Shown here: positions 18,142 to 26,785 of the stretch, piece by piece
Layout: every line of letters starts with the position of its first letter
Numbering within the stretch: position 1 is the first letter of the stretch
DNA from: a virus
Strand: one strand, 5' to 3'
IMG/VR virus record: IMGVR_UViG_3300044490_000250
Location: 15,559 to 79,558 of that record
DNA: 64,000 bases
The notes under the pieces: generated by a model
What the model saw: the letters and a program-made list of their open reading frames with translations, nothing else
Told to the model about the DNA's origin: nothing
Databases searched by the model: none
Made by a program: the position numbers and the translations under genes

Positions 18142-19190
18142 AGCACATCGTCTCCTCTGATTCTCGCAAGGATGCGGGGGGAGTCGCTCCGCACAATCTG
18201 TAGATGAGACAGCACGTAGTCCAGCACCTTCAACCGCTGCCAGGACATCCCGGGGTCCTGCTCCTCCCTGGTCTTACCATAGAACGTTGAGCCGTAGACG
18301 AGGGTCTCCTGAGCGTAGAACCACGCCTCCAGCGCGACGTTGGAGCAGAGCGTCAGCACCTTGATGTGCGGCAGAGACAGGATGCTGTGGATGTTGAGGT
18401 CGGCCGCCAGACGACGCGAGTACCCGACAGCCACCGCAGGACTCGGGCACCGAGGGTGAGGCTTGAACCACGCACCCTCCCGCTCAGCCGCGCTCCGCAG
18501 GTCAAGCAACACCTGCTCGACGTTGGGCTGCACGTAGAGCGCGTTGTCCCACTCCACCTGCCCGAACCAGACTGTGTCCCCCGGCTCGACCACCGTTTCT
18601 CGCAGGGCCACAAGCCGCTGGTGCCCTGGCTTGGTCTGCTGGAGGCGGCGCCACCACCGCCCGTAGTCACGCACCCGCTGGGTGTGTGGCTCCCAAGAGG
18701 CAAACCACTCCGCGCGGTCGAGCGACGCCCCCAACACGTAGTAGGGCACGTCCCGCGTGATGATGACCGGCACGTCCCCGTCTTGTGAGGGGAAGAGCCC
18801 GTTCTCCAGGAAGGCGACAGGGACGCCCGCCTCCGCGGCGGCGAGCCTTGCACTCCAACTCACCACTTCGTGCGTCGCCCAGATCAGAACCACATCTGGC
18901 CGGCTCTCCTCCAGGCGTTGACGCCAGCAGTTCAAGTACCACTGCGCGCGCCGCTCCCACCACGGCACAGAGTTGGGGGCGTCACGGTACCGCGAGTAGC
19001 GGTGGTTCGCCGCCCACAGCATGTACTGCACCGCACACTGCGTCAGCGGCTCGATGTCGCCCGCTGCCCCAGAGACAGGCGGCACGTCGGCCCACACCTC
19101 CACTGCCTCCCCTTCCCGCATCAGCGACTGCGCCAGGGGGGCCATGACGTGCTTCTCGATGTCGTAGTTCTCAGGGACCAGCGCGATCAT
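18138..19190 (-). CDS. KpsS/KpsC-like (Capsule_synth) glycosyltransferase
   Basis: FLENGLFP, WFGQVEWDNAL, WFKPHP, VLTLCSNVALEAW, YGSTFY. Confidence 0.7.
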   Translation of the reverse strand: MIALVPENYDIEKHVMAPLAQSLMREGEAVEVWADVPPVSGAAGDIEPLTQCAVQYMLWAANHRYSRYRDAPNSVPWWERRAQWYLNCWRQRLEESRPDVVLIWATHEVVSWSARLAAAEAGVPVAFLENGLFPSQDGDVPVIITRDVPYYVLGASLDRAEWFASWEPHTQRVRDYGRWWRRLQQTKPGHQRLVALRETVVEPGDTVWFGQVEWDNALYVQPNVEQVLLDLRSAAEREGAWFKPHPRCPSPAVAVGYSRRLAADLNIHSILSLPHIKVLTLCSNVALEAWFYAQETLVYGSTFYGKTREEQDPGMSWQRLKVLDYVLSHLQIVRSDSPRILARIRGDDVL

Positions 19191-19462
19191 CGGACGACCT
19201 TGGCGAGGTAGTGGCCACACTCAGGGGCCACGGCCTCTTCCAGCCACTCCTGCATACTCTCAGCGAGCGTCCCCCAGTCAACCGGCTGCGGCAGCGCCTC
19301 AGCGAGGTCCTGCAGCATCTGGGTGAGCTGGTCCGCGACGGTGTGGTAGTCCACACACTTAGGCTGAAGGATGCACGTGGCACAAGCGGGGACCCCAGGC
19401 TGCGCTGGCAGCGGGTCGCCCTGGTACGTGTTGGGCAGCGCCCTTTCGAGTTGGAGATACAC
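19187..19462 (-). CDS. small Cys-rich protein
   Basis: CATCILQPKC...ECGHY; lies between the radical SAM and KpsS-like genes with minimal gap or overlap. Confidence 0.6.
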   Translation of the reverse strand: MYLQLERALPNTYQGDPLPAQPGVPACATCILQPKCVDYHTVADQLTQMLQDLAEALPQPVDWGTLAESMQEWLEEAVAPECGHYLAKVVR

Positions 19463-19464
19463 TC

Positions 19465-20337
19465 CTACACCTCCCTCATCCCTACGTCAGTGGCCACCCT
19501 GCGTGCCCACACCCACACGGGGGTGAGTAGCTCGCCCACTGAGTAGTCCTGTTCAGTCAGCCAGTAGTCGAACATCCACTGTGCATCCCAGTGCGGGGGG
19601 ATGTCGGTGGCCCACTCATAGGGAGCGGGGTGCACCCACGTCACGATCAACGGAAGACCACGGTGGAGTTGCTTCAGCGTGTCGCAAAAGTCGTGCATGG
19701 CGGCGCGCGCCTGCGGCGAAGTCCACGCGCCCGGCACCACTGTCCAGCAGTTGACGAGCGTCTGGTGGCCCGCCGTCAACAGGGCGCGTAAGGTGTCCAA
19801 CGGGTCGGGCTGTTCCTCCACGCCGCTGTTCCACCGGCGGAGCTCCGGGGTGAGCCCCTTGATGCTCAACTCAGGGAACACCCGTCGCGGGTACACTGGG
19901 ATGCGCTCCGGGTGGGCACCGTTGGTGTTGACGACCACGATGTGGTTGTCCCCCGCGGCGTGCTGCAGTGCCGTAATCAACTCGGGGAGCTCGGGTTCCA
20001 ACGTGGGCTCTCCTCCGCTCACCCGCCACACCGGGCAGTCCCCCGCCGTCTGCACAAAGTCGTCCACGATCTCCCGCGGCGTCCGCAGTACCGTCTCTGT
20101 GCTACGCCCCCTCCAGTAGCATCCGTGACACCGCATCTGGCAGGTTGCGGTGTCGATCATCGCCACGTCGTTTGCCTCCGCGATCGTGTACGCGCGGGGC
20201 AGCCACGCACACGCCACTTCCGGCCACGGAGCGAATGCCTCCACGTCCTCCGGCTCCTTGTAGTACGTCTTGACTCGCACGATGTCGCTTCGCTTGCCGT
20301 TCCCGCTGCGCTGCTCCGGCACCACTTCGAGTATCAT
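19465..20337 (-). CDS. radical SAM enzyme
   Basis: CQMRCHGC (CxxxCxxC), RVSGGEPTL, NTNG, LSIKG. Confidence 0.9.
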   Translation of the reverse strand: MILEVVPEQRSGNGKRSDIVRVKTYYKEPEDVEAFAPWPEVACAWLPRAYTIAEANDVAMIDTATCQMRCHGCYWRGRSTETVLRTPREIVDDFVQTAGDCPVWRVSGGEPTLEPELPELITALQHAAGDNHIVVVNTNGAHPERIPVYPRRVFPELSIKGLTPELRRWNSGVEEQPDPLDTLRALLTAGHQTLVNCWTVVPGAWTSPQARAAMHDFCDTLKQLHRGLPLIVTWVHPAPYEWATDIPPHWDAQWMFDYWLTEQDYSVGELLTPVWVWARRVATDVGMREV

Positions 20338-21317
20338 CCGTCCAGCACCTCATTTAGAGTGACACCTCTGGTCTTCAACAGAAAGTCCACGCCCCGAACG
20401 ACCCTGTCCACCCTGTGCGCGGTTTGACACCGGGCGCCGCACCCAGCCACTTGGTACCGGTACTCGCAAGGAGAGCACGTCAAGTCCTTAGGTTCCAGCG
20501 CCAGCAGGGGACCGGGGCAGTCCGGTAGGCGGAGCGCCGCTGACGACACCCCCATGAGCGCCAGCAGTTTGATGGGCAGCCCGCCGGCCTTCAGCGCGGC
20601 GCACAGATGAAGAGGACTGGAGTCCGCCGAAATGACAACGTCGCACGCCGCGATGGCCGCCGCGCACTTGCGAAGGGCGCTCCTTCCGTCCATCACAGCG
20701 TCCACGGCCGGCGGAGCGTTGTCCCCAATCCACACCACCGACCCCCGTTCCTGGAGGGGCGCCACTGCATCGGCAGCCGCCGCCCACCGCCGTTCCGCGG
20801 AAGAGGACTCCGCACAGACACCGATCAACGGCCGACGCAGGCTGCTCAACGAGCGCTGCGCGTCGACCAGCTCCTCGCGTTCGATGTAGTAGTCCAGGTG
20901 CAGACTGCTCAGTCGCAGCCCGAGTGCCTCGGCAAACAAGCGAGCGCGTGGGGTCTGGCAGCATTGAGGGTGGCGCTCCGGGTAGTGGCGTAGATCGGCC
21001 AGCACACCGGGCGCGGTGTGGTCCAGCTCACCAAAGTCGCGTACCTCATGGACGTTGGGGTTCCCCCGCAGCACCTCGGCGCTTCTGGGGGAAGTGTAGT
21101 AGGTCACTCGCAAGCCTGGGTACTGACGTTGCAGCTGGCGCAGAGCGGGCGTCGTCATTAGCACGTCCCCGGCACCGCCTGGACGCACAATCGACAGCCC
21201 CACCTCTTGTGCACGCATCAAGTCCACCGGCAGCAGCACACGCCGGTCACGTTGACGTAGAAAGGTCTGCACGAAACTCGCAGCTTGGTTGGGGATGTCG
21301 GTGCGTTGAAAGCGCAA
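20334..21317 (-). CDS. GT9 (ADP-heptose:LPS heptosyltransferase-like) glycosyltransferase
   Basis: RPGGAGDVLMTTPALRQL, LRGNPNV, IAACDVVISADSSPLHLCAAL, C-terminal CSPC...C...C. Confidence 0.85.
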   Translation of the reverse strand: MRFQRTDIPNQAASFVQTFLRQRDRRVLLPVDLMRAQEVGLSIVRPGGAGDVLMTTPALRQLQRQYPGLRVTYYTSPRSAEVLRGNPNVHEVRDFGELDHTAPGVLADLRHYPERHPQCCQTPRARLFAEALGLRLSSLHLDYYIEREELVDAQRSLSSLRRPLIGVCAESSSAERRWAAAADAVAPLQERGSVVWIGDNAPPAVDAVMDGRSALRKCAAAIAACDVVISADSSPLHLCAALKAGGLPIKLLALMGVSSAALRLPDCPGPLLALEPKDLTCSPCEYRYQVAGCGARCQTAHRVDRVVRGVDFLLKTRGVTLNEVLDG

Positions 21318-21385
21318 CCCTCGGTCTCCTCAACACGGTGTTTGTCCGCGCCCCAGCAGGAGGCTCCTGCGTTGGCGGACAGTGG

Positions 21386-21414
21386 ATTGTAGCACACCCA
21401 CCCTTGAGTGTCAA
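21386..21414 (-). promoter_or_regulatory. sigma70-type promoter for the glycan-modification operon
   Basis: TTGACA-17 bp-TACAAT with TGn extended -10. Confidence 0.8.
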
Positions 21415-21417
21415 CCC

Positions 21418-21636
21418 CTACTTCCGCAGCGCCGGGTGGCCCTGATGGAAGTCCTCCCAGCCACGACAGCCGTCGTTCGGCCAAACCCAAGGATCACCAA
21501 ACTCCCGCTCGTCGCGAACGTCCACGTCGGGGTTCGCTCGCTCCCAGCGTCGCCGCCTCCGATGTGCCAGCCGCCTCCACCAACGCTCGCTTTCGCAGTT
21601 TCCCCACTGCCCGTGCTTCTTGTAAGACCGGCTCAT
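21418..21636 (-). CDS. small Arg/Trp-rich protein (MSRSYKK...RK)
   Basis: GGAGG RBS, own promoter, 72 aa. Confidence 0.7.
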   Translation of the reverse strand: MSRSYKKHGQWGNCESERWWRRLAHRRRRRWERANPDVDVRDEREFGDPWVWPNDGCRGWEDFHQGHPALRK

Positions 21637-21710
21637 GGGTACCCTCCGTAATGCTAAGAGGGCGGGTTCCCCCGCCCCCTCAGCGTCTCCCGACCAAGGA
21701 GAACTGCCCC

Positions 21711-21739
21711 AGTATAGCAAGCCTCGCCGGTTGTGTCAA
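21711..21739 (-). promoter_or_regulatory. sigma70-type promoter
   Basis: TTGACA-17 bp-TATACT with TGn extended -10. Confidence 0.8.
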
Positions 21740-21743
21740 GACC

Positions 21744-22763
21744 TCAAAGCGTCTGACTTTGCCGGCCGGTGATGGTGGCCGTCAGCGTCCCCTGCCGCAC
21801 GTAGTCGCCATCGTTGCTGATCGTCAGGATGCAGCGATTCGCTTGCCACATCTCCGTCAAGACCACAGTACAGTCGGTGATGGGGTCGCCCAGGTCGTCG
21901 GTGAGCTCGACCACCCGCCCAGGCACGTGGGTGTACGTCTCATGGTCAATCGTGATGGGGGCCGTCACTTCGTCGGGGTCGAGCGGCCCCCACTCGTAGG
22001 TCTGCACCTCTGTGTCTTGGCGGCCGACCCCGGGGAGTAGACGGCGGGCCGCCCCAGAGGGTGAGTTGCTGTACGCCGTCACCGTGCCGCCGCCATCCAA
22101 GGTCACCGTGGCGATAAGGATGTCGGTGTCCGCGGCGACCGCGTTGGTGGTGGCGACGAACCGCACCATGCCGTAGTAGTTCTGCTGAGTGTCCCCGCCC
22201 TCCCGGATGTAGATGTAGTTCAGCGCGCCGTTCGTCAGGCCCTGCACGTAGAAATGCGTCAAGGTGAAGGTGTCCCCTACCTCCACCGCTACCGGCAGGA
22301 CGGTCTCCCAGTTCACCTGCTTCGTGGTGCTGTTGTAGCTCTGGATCGCGCGCACCAGCCCGTCGTTGGACCCGCTCGTGAAGACGATGTACCCGCCCGC
22401 CGGCCAGAAGGCATCATCCGCGGCGTCCAGGCTGCTGTCACGCACGTAGGTGGTGCTGCCGGCAGTGGCGACGCCATCCTCCTCCATGTCGTTCGTCATG
22501 TAAAAGGGCCGCCCACCCACGAGCCCAACGATCGGCGAGGAGCCGTCAGGCGGCGCGATCCGTAGCGTGGTGTCGTCGAACTGGCAACGTTCGGGGTCGG
22601 CGAGCACCACACCCTGCTCGAACACCATCTGCAAAACGCTGCGGCAGACGTGTTCCAGCACATGCGCCGCGCGGTTGTAGTCGGTGGCCGCGGTGCGTCC
22701 AGTTGCGGCACGCGCCCAAGGCAGCTGGAAGTTGGGGCCAGTGGCTCCGGTGGATACACCCAT
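21744..22763 (-). CDS. minor tail protein
   Basis: Last gene of the tail block; beta-rich; AGGAG RBS. Confidence 0.65.
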   Translation of the reverse strand: MGVSTGATGPNFQLPWARAATGRTAATDYNRAAHVLEHVCRSVLQMVFEQGVVLADPERCQFDDTTLRIAPPDGSSPIVGLVGGRPFYMTNDMEEDGVATAGSTTYVRDSSLDAADDAFWPAGGYIVFTSGSNDGLVRAIQSYNSTTKQVNWETVLPVAVEVGDTFTLTHFYVQGLTNGALNYIYIREGGDTQQNYYGMVRFVATTNAVAADTDILIATVTLDGGGTVTAYSNSPSGAARRLLPGVGRQDTEVQTYEWGPLDPDEVTAPITIDHETYTHVPGRVVELTDDLGDPITDCTVVLTEMWQANRCILTISNDGDYVRQGTLTATITGRQSQTL

Positions 22764-22774
22764 GTCGCCGCTCC

Positions 22775-22972
22775 TTACGCGTACTCGTCGTAGGTCATCA
22801 GGAAGTCCCCGTTGGCGTCCTGCGTCTCGTCCCACACAATGGTGCGTGAGGCCTCAACGTGGTCATCCCTGCGCGAGCCCAGTGTCGCAGCGGCCGCCGC
22901 CCGTGGGGCGACCTTGAGGTCCAGGTGGCGTAGAATGACAGCCAACTCGTCCGCCGTCACGTAGCGACTCAT
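22775..22972 (-). CDS. small tail-region protein
   Basis: ATGA overlap with the upstream gene. Confidence 0.55.
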   Translation of the reverse strand: MSRYVTADELAVILRHLDLKVAPRAAAAATLGSRRDDHVEASRTIVWDETQDANGDFLMTYDEYA

Positions 22973-25824
22973 GGCGTCAAGTCTCCGATGTAGATGCCGG
23001 TCAGTGTGGTGGTCGACGACTTCACCAACGGCGACCCCTGGTGGCGCACCTTGACGATACGCCATTTCGTGTGGTTCAGGTCTTGGCGCTCCCCTCCGTG
23101 AATCGCGAAGACGTGCGTCTTCTTCGCGATCGGCAGCAAGGGGACCTTGACCTCTATGTAGCGCGGTAGCGTGGTGTGTCGGTAGAACAGCTGGTAGATC
23201 ACCCTCATCGCGGTGTCGTAGTCCACGATCCAGCTGCGCTGATACTCCAGCTCCCGGTACGCCGCTTCCGGGTTCAAGCGATCCGCCTGCGGCAGCTCCG
23301 CCGCCAGGGCGATCTGGTCTGGCGCGCCCTTAACCCGGGAGCGGGGCCCCTTGACCACGATGCGCTCGTAGTAATCCTGCAGCGGGCTCTGTCGGACAGG
23401 GAAGGTGTCCAGGATGTACTGCCGGGTGCCCTCCCCTTCCATGCTGCTGTGCCGCTCCTCAGCACGGGTGTGCAAGTGGTAGTCTACCCCGTCCGTGGCG
23501 TCCCCACTCCGCGCCTTGTCGTAGGCCAGACAGCCAACCGACCCAGGCCCCGACAGGTGGTCCCAGTAGTAGTCGGTGCCGTCGCTGAGCGGGCTGCGCT
23601 TCTGGTGGCACCACCGGCAGCCCGTGTGCACCCGCGGCAGCGCCTCGTGGCTGGCGCTGTCGCTGTGCTCCACCCACAAGTCGGCGTCAGCGGCGTAGGC
23701 GAGCACTTCCTGCAACGCGAGCATCCAGCTTCGGCCGGCCTCCGGTTCCCACAGCGGCCGCGTCAACCCCTTCGGCAGACGCCCCGGCCCCCACGGGACT
23801 CCCGGTCCAGGCGGGGGAATGCTGCCATCGGTGCCTCGGTAGAGGTCCTCCAGCGTCCCGGTGTACTGCGCCTCAACGAACCCCGCGCTGCTGAGCATGT
23901 ACTCCACGTAGCTCCGCACTTCCCAGCTGTCCCCCGGCACGATCAAGCGCCCGTCAATGGTGCCATCCAGCAGCCTAGCCACGTCAGTGATGAGGTCAGC
24001 GGTGATCCTGGTGCCGTCGTCGCGGGACTCCGGCAACGTCGCCATGCCCTTGAAGACCGTCTCCTCCTCCAGCTCGTCCCCGTCGTCGTTGGTGTTCCAG
24101 ACGCGCAGAGTCACCCGGCGGTCGTCCTGCCCCTGCATCCACTCCGCCAAGCTCTCGTTGCGCCACGCCGGAACGCCTGTCTCGACCCGCCCCTCCAGCT
24201 CGATCCCGCCTTTGTCTGACGGCTCACCGATCTCTGAAGTGACCTCCCAGCTACGAAGCTGCTGGTTGTCGATCGTCGTGTCCTGGGTGGGCGGGGCGGG
24301 CACCGTCAGCGCCGCCGGAACCTCCTGCCATATCTCAAACCAGTGGAGTAGAGGCGTCGTGGAGAAGTCCACGTGCACGTCCGTGCCGCACAGGCCGTCG
24401 CTGTTGTACTTGGTCGCGTCCGAGTCAGGGAACGTCGTGAGCATCCACGACGCGCTCGGCATGGTGAAGATCGAACGGTGCATCGCGGTGGCCAAGTCCA
24501 GCACCGGGACCATGTACCGCTCTGCGCTCGTCAGCGGCACTTGATGCAGCAGCCCATCGGTGTCGTTCTCCTGGCACGCAGCCACCAAACGGATGGTCGC
24601 GTCCAACAAGTTGTTGTCGGGCCACTCCGCTGAGTACGCCACCTGCACGTCCCCCGCCGCGTACCAGTCGTGCGGAGTGCGTGTGACGGGCCCCTGCATC
24701 CGCGCCGGCCGCAGCCACGCGTCGCCGTTCACGAAGAACCGACCCGTGGCGGGGGCCAAGGGGAACAGCTGGAAGCCCCACCTTCCGACGTTGCTCGCAA
24801 ACGAGATCGGCGCCGATGGCACCCAGAACGGCGTCCCCTGGGGCCACTCCGCGCTGGGCGTCAGCCGCCCATCCGTGTTGCTGGCGGGCCGCTCCCAGTA
24901 CATGAGATCGGTACCGCTACCGCTCGTGCTGATCGCCACTCCGTAGGTCGTCGTGTACACCGTCGCCGCTTGCCACGTCTGGGCCTTCGTCTGCACTGGG
25001 TTGTTCTTGTGGATGCTGCCGCCCTTGATCTCCTGCAGCGCCACCCACGACCAGTCGCCCCCCGGGTTCTGCCAGTTCTGGAAGACGTGGATGCGGCCGC
25101 TGGCCATGATGCGAATGCACATGCACCCGCCGTAGATAATGTCGATCGACGGCACGTAGTCCCCCCGCAGCTTCCACGGCTCAGCGAAGAACACGCTGAA
25201 GCTGAACTGCGGGTTGGCCGGCAACGTAAAGCGACTGGAGAGCCCACTGAAGCCAGAGTTGTAGCCGCTCGTGCCCTCGTCGTACTCCCCCTCGCACCAC
25301 GCACCGCTTCCGGCCGTCCACAGCAGCACCGGCCAGCCGCCCGGGGGGGCCGACACCACGTCTGTCCAGTACCGAGCGGAACCGCTTGAGCCGATCGGCA
25401 GGTACGAACGCAGGTCGAGCTGGTAGTCTACGCCGCCGTTGTCGATCCCCCACGGCACCCCCATGCTCACCGCCAGGGCGTTGATGGGGTCTTCCAGGTA
25501 CTGCATCGAGAGCAGAGTGTCATTGGCGTTGGCTCCGATGAGCCCCAGGTACTGAGGATCGATGGGCCGCTGCACGTCGCTCTTCGCCCAACACTCGCTC
25601 GCCCGAATAGTGCTGAACCTCGGCCCCCACGGGAAGTAGGTAGCGATGTCCCCTTCCGTCATCCCAGCGTACTGGTAGCTGTCCAAGCCGCGGGCCAGTT
25701 GCTCGGCGGTCCACACCACCGACCACGGCCGATGTCCGTAGCCGTTGCCGTCCGCCAGCCGATCGCCAAAGTAGCCGGCGTTGTAGAACTTGAACAGCGC
25801 GTCGGTGGCTGTGCGTACATTCAT
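22969..25824 (-). CDS. large tail tip/hub-like protein
   Basis: About 950 aa downstream of the tape measure; C-terminal KWRIVKVRH...TTLTG like tail-hub ends. Confidence 0.65.
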   Translation of the reverse strand: MNVRTATDALFKFYNAGYFGDRLADGNGYGHRPWSVVWTAEQLARGLDSYQYAGMTEGDIATYFPWGPRFSTIRASECWAKSDVQRPIDPQYLGLIGANANDTLLSMQYLEDPINALAVSMGVPWGIDNGGVDYQLDLRSYLPIGSSGSARYWTDVVSAPPGGWPVLLWTAGSGAWCEGEYDEGTSGYNSGFSGLSSRFTLPANPQFSFSVFFAEPWKLRGDYVPSIDIIYGGCMCIRIMASGRIHVFQNWQNPGGDWSWVALQEIKGGSIHKNNPVQTKAQTWQAATVYTTTYGVAISTSGSGTDLMYWERPASNTDGRLTPSAEWPQGTPFWVPSAPISFASNVGRWGFQLFPLAPATGRFFVNGDAWLRPARMQGPVTRTPHDWYAAGDVQVAYSAEWPDNNLLDATIRLVAACQENDTDGLLHQVPLTSAERYMVPVLDLATAMHRSIFTMPSASWMLTTFPDSDATKYNSDGLCGTDVHVDFSTTPLLHWFEIWQEVPAALTVPAPPTQDTTIDNQQLRSWEVTSEIGEPSDKGGIELEGRVETGVPAWRNESLAEWMQGQDDRRVTLRVWNTNDDGDELEEETVFKGMATLPESRDDGTRITADLITDVARLLDGTIDGRLIVPGDSWEVRSYVEYMLSSAGFVEAQYTGTLEDLYRGTDGSIPPPGPGVPWGPGRLPKGLTRPLWEPEAGRSWMLALQEVLAYAADADLWVEHSDSASHEALPRVHTGCRWCHQKRSPLSDGTDYYWDHLSGPGSVGCLAYDKARSGDATDGVDYHLHTRAEERHSSMEGEGTRQYILDTFPVRQSPLQDYYERIVVKGPRSRVKGAPDQIALAAELPQADRLNPEAAYRELEYQRSWIVDYDTAMRVIYQLFYRHTTLPRYIEVKVPLLPIAKKTHVFAIHGGERQDLNHTKWRIVKVRHQGSPLVKSSTTTLTGIYIGDLTP

Positions 25825-26780
25825 CGCTGCACCCACGTCTCCCCGAGATCGGTGCTGACCCACGTCTCCTCGCCGGTGTCAACGACGAGCGCGTTGCCGC
25901 TGTAGTCCAGCGAGGCTGAGTCCGCGGTGCAGACAACCTTCGTGTTCTCCCCATCCGAGAAAGGAACGGCGGCGCCGTTGATCTGGGCGTAGCGGGTCAG
26001 CACGATCTGCCCGTCACCGTCAGGCATGATGAAGTACCGGAGCAACCCGTCGTAGGCCATGCTTGGATTGGTACCCGGCATGTCGAAGCCTCCTCGCCAA
26101 GTATACCCAGTATCAGTGCTGTAGCGATAGTGAACTCCGTCGTCATCCTGCCACGTCAGCATTAGGTAATTACCGTGGCTGATTAGCGTCAGATGACTAG
26201 CCTCACCGCTCGGCGCCAGTTCGCCCCAAGGCCCCAACCAGTCCGGGCGGAAGATGTCACGGTACTGGATGCGGATGTCGGTGCTCTGGTCGGTGTCGAA
26301 GAGGGCTCTCCACATACCCCCGGCGTGGTCAATGTCGATCGCTGACGCCAGCCAGCGCAGGAGCACATCTGAGGCCCACGGTGAGTGTGCATGGTGTTCT
26401 ACGATGCAGCCGGTGGATGAGCGCCAGGACGGACCGTCGTTCACGACGCGCATTTCGAGCCCCGCCGTGTCCCCGTCTGCGGTTATGTCCGTTACGTCGG
26501 TGAACCAACGGACCGGGTCCCCAGGGTATTCGTCGTGCGTAGCCCAGCGCAGAAAGAACAGGTCCCCGGCAGCCGAGCCCGATGGTATGGTCGCCGTAAG
26601 GTTGACCGAACCCGACCCGTCTGCCGCCGTGGCCGTGACGGTAACGGTTACTCCGGTCCCGCTGTAGTCGGCGAGAAGCTCGATCTTGAGTTGCACCGGC
26701 CCGATGGTATCGCCGACGCGCGCTTCGGCGTCCGCGATGGACTCGGAGTCGATGAAGTTTCCGTACCCGAAGAGCAGCAT
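25821..26780 (-). CDS. tail protein with BNR/Asp-box repeats
   Basis: YSTDTGYTW and VSTDLGETW Asp-boxes. Confidence 0.65.
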   Translation of the reverse strand: MLLFGYGNFIDSESIADAEARVGDTIGPVQLKIELLADYSGTGVTVTVTATAADGSGSVNLTATIPSGSAAGDLFFLRWATHDEYPGDPVRWFTDVTDITADGDTAGLEMRVVNDGPSWRSSTGCIVEHHAHSPWASDVLLRWLASAIDIDHAGGMWRALFDTDQSTDIRIQYRDIFRPDWLGPWGELAPSGEASHLTLISHGNYLMLTWQDDDGVHYRYSTDTGYTWRGGFDMPGTNPSMAYDGLLRYFIMPDGDGQIVLTRYAQINGAAVPFSDGENTKVVCTADSASLDYSGNALVVDTGEETWVSTDLGETWVQR

Positions 26781-26785
26781 GGCCC

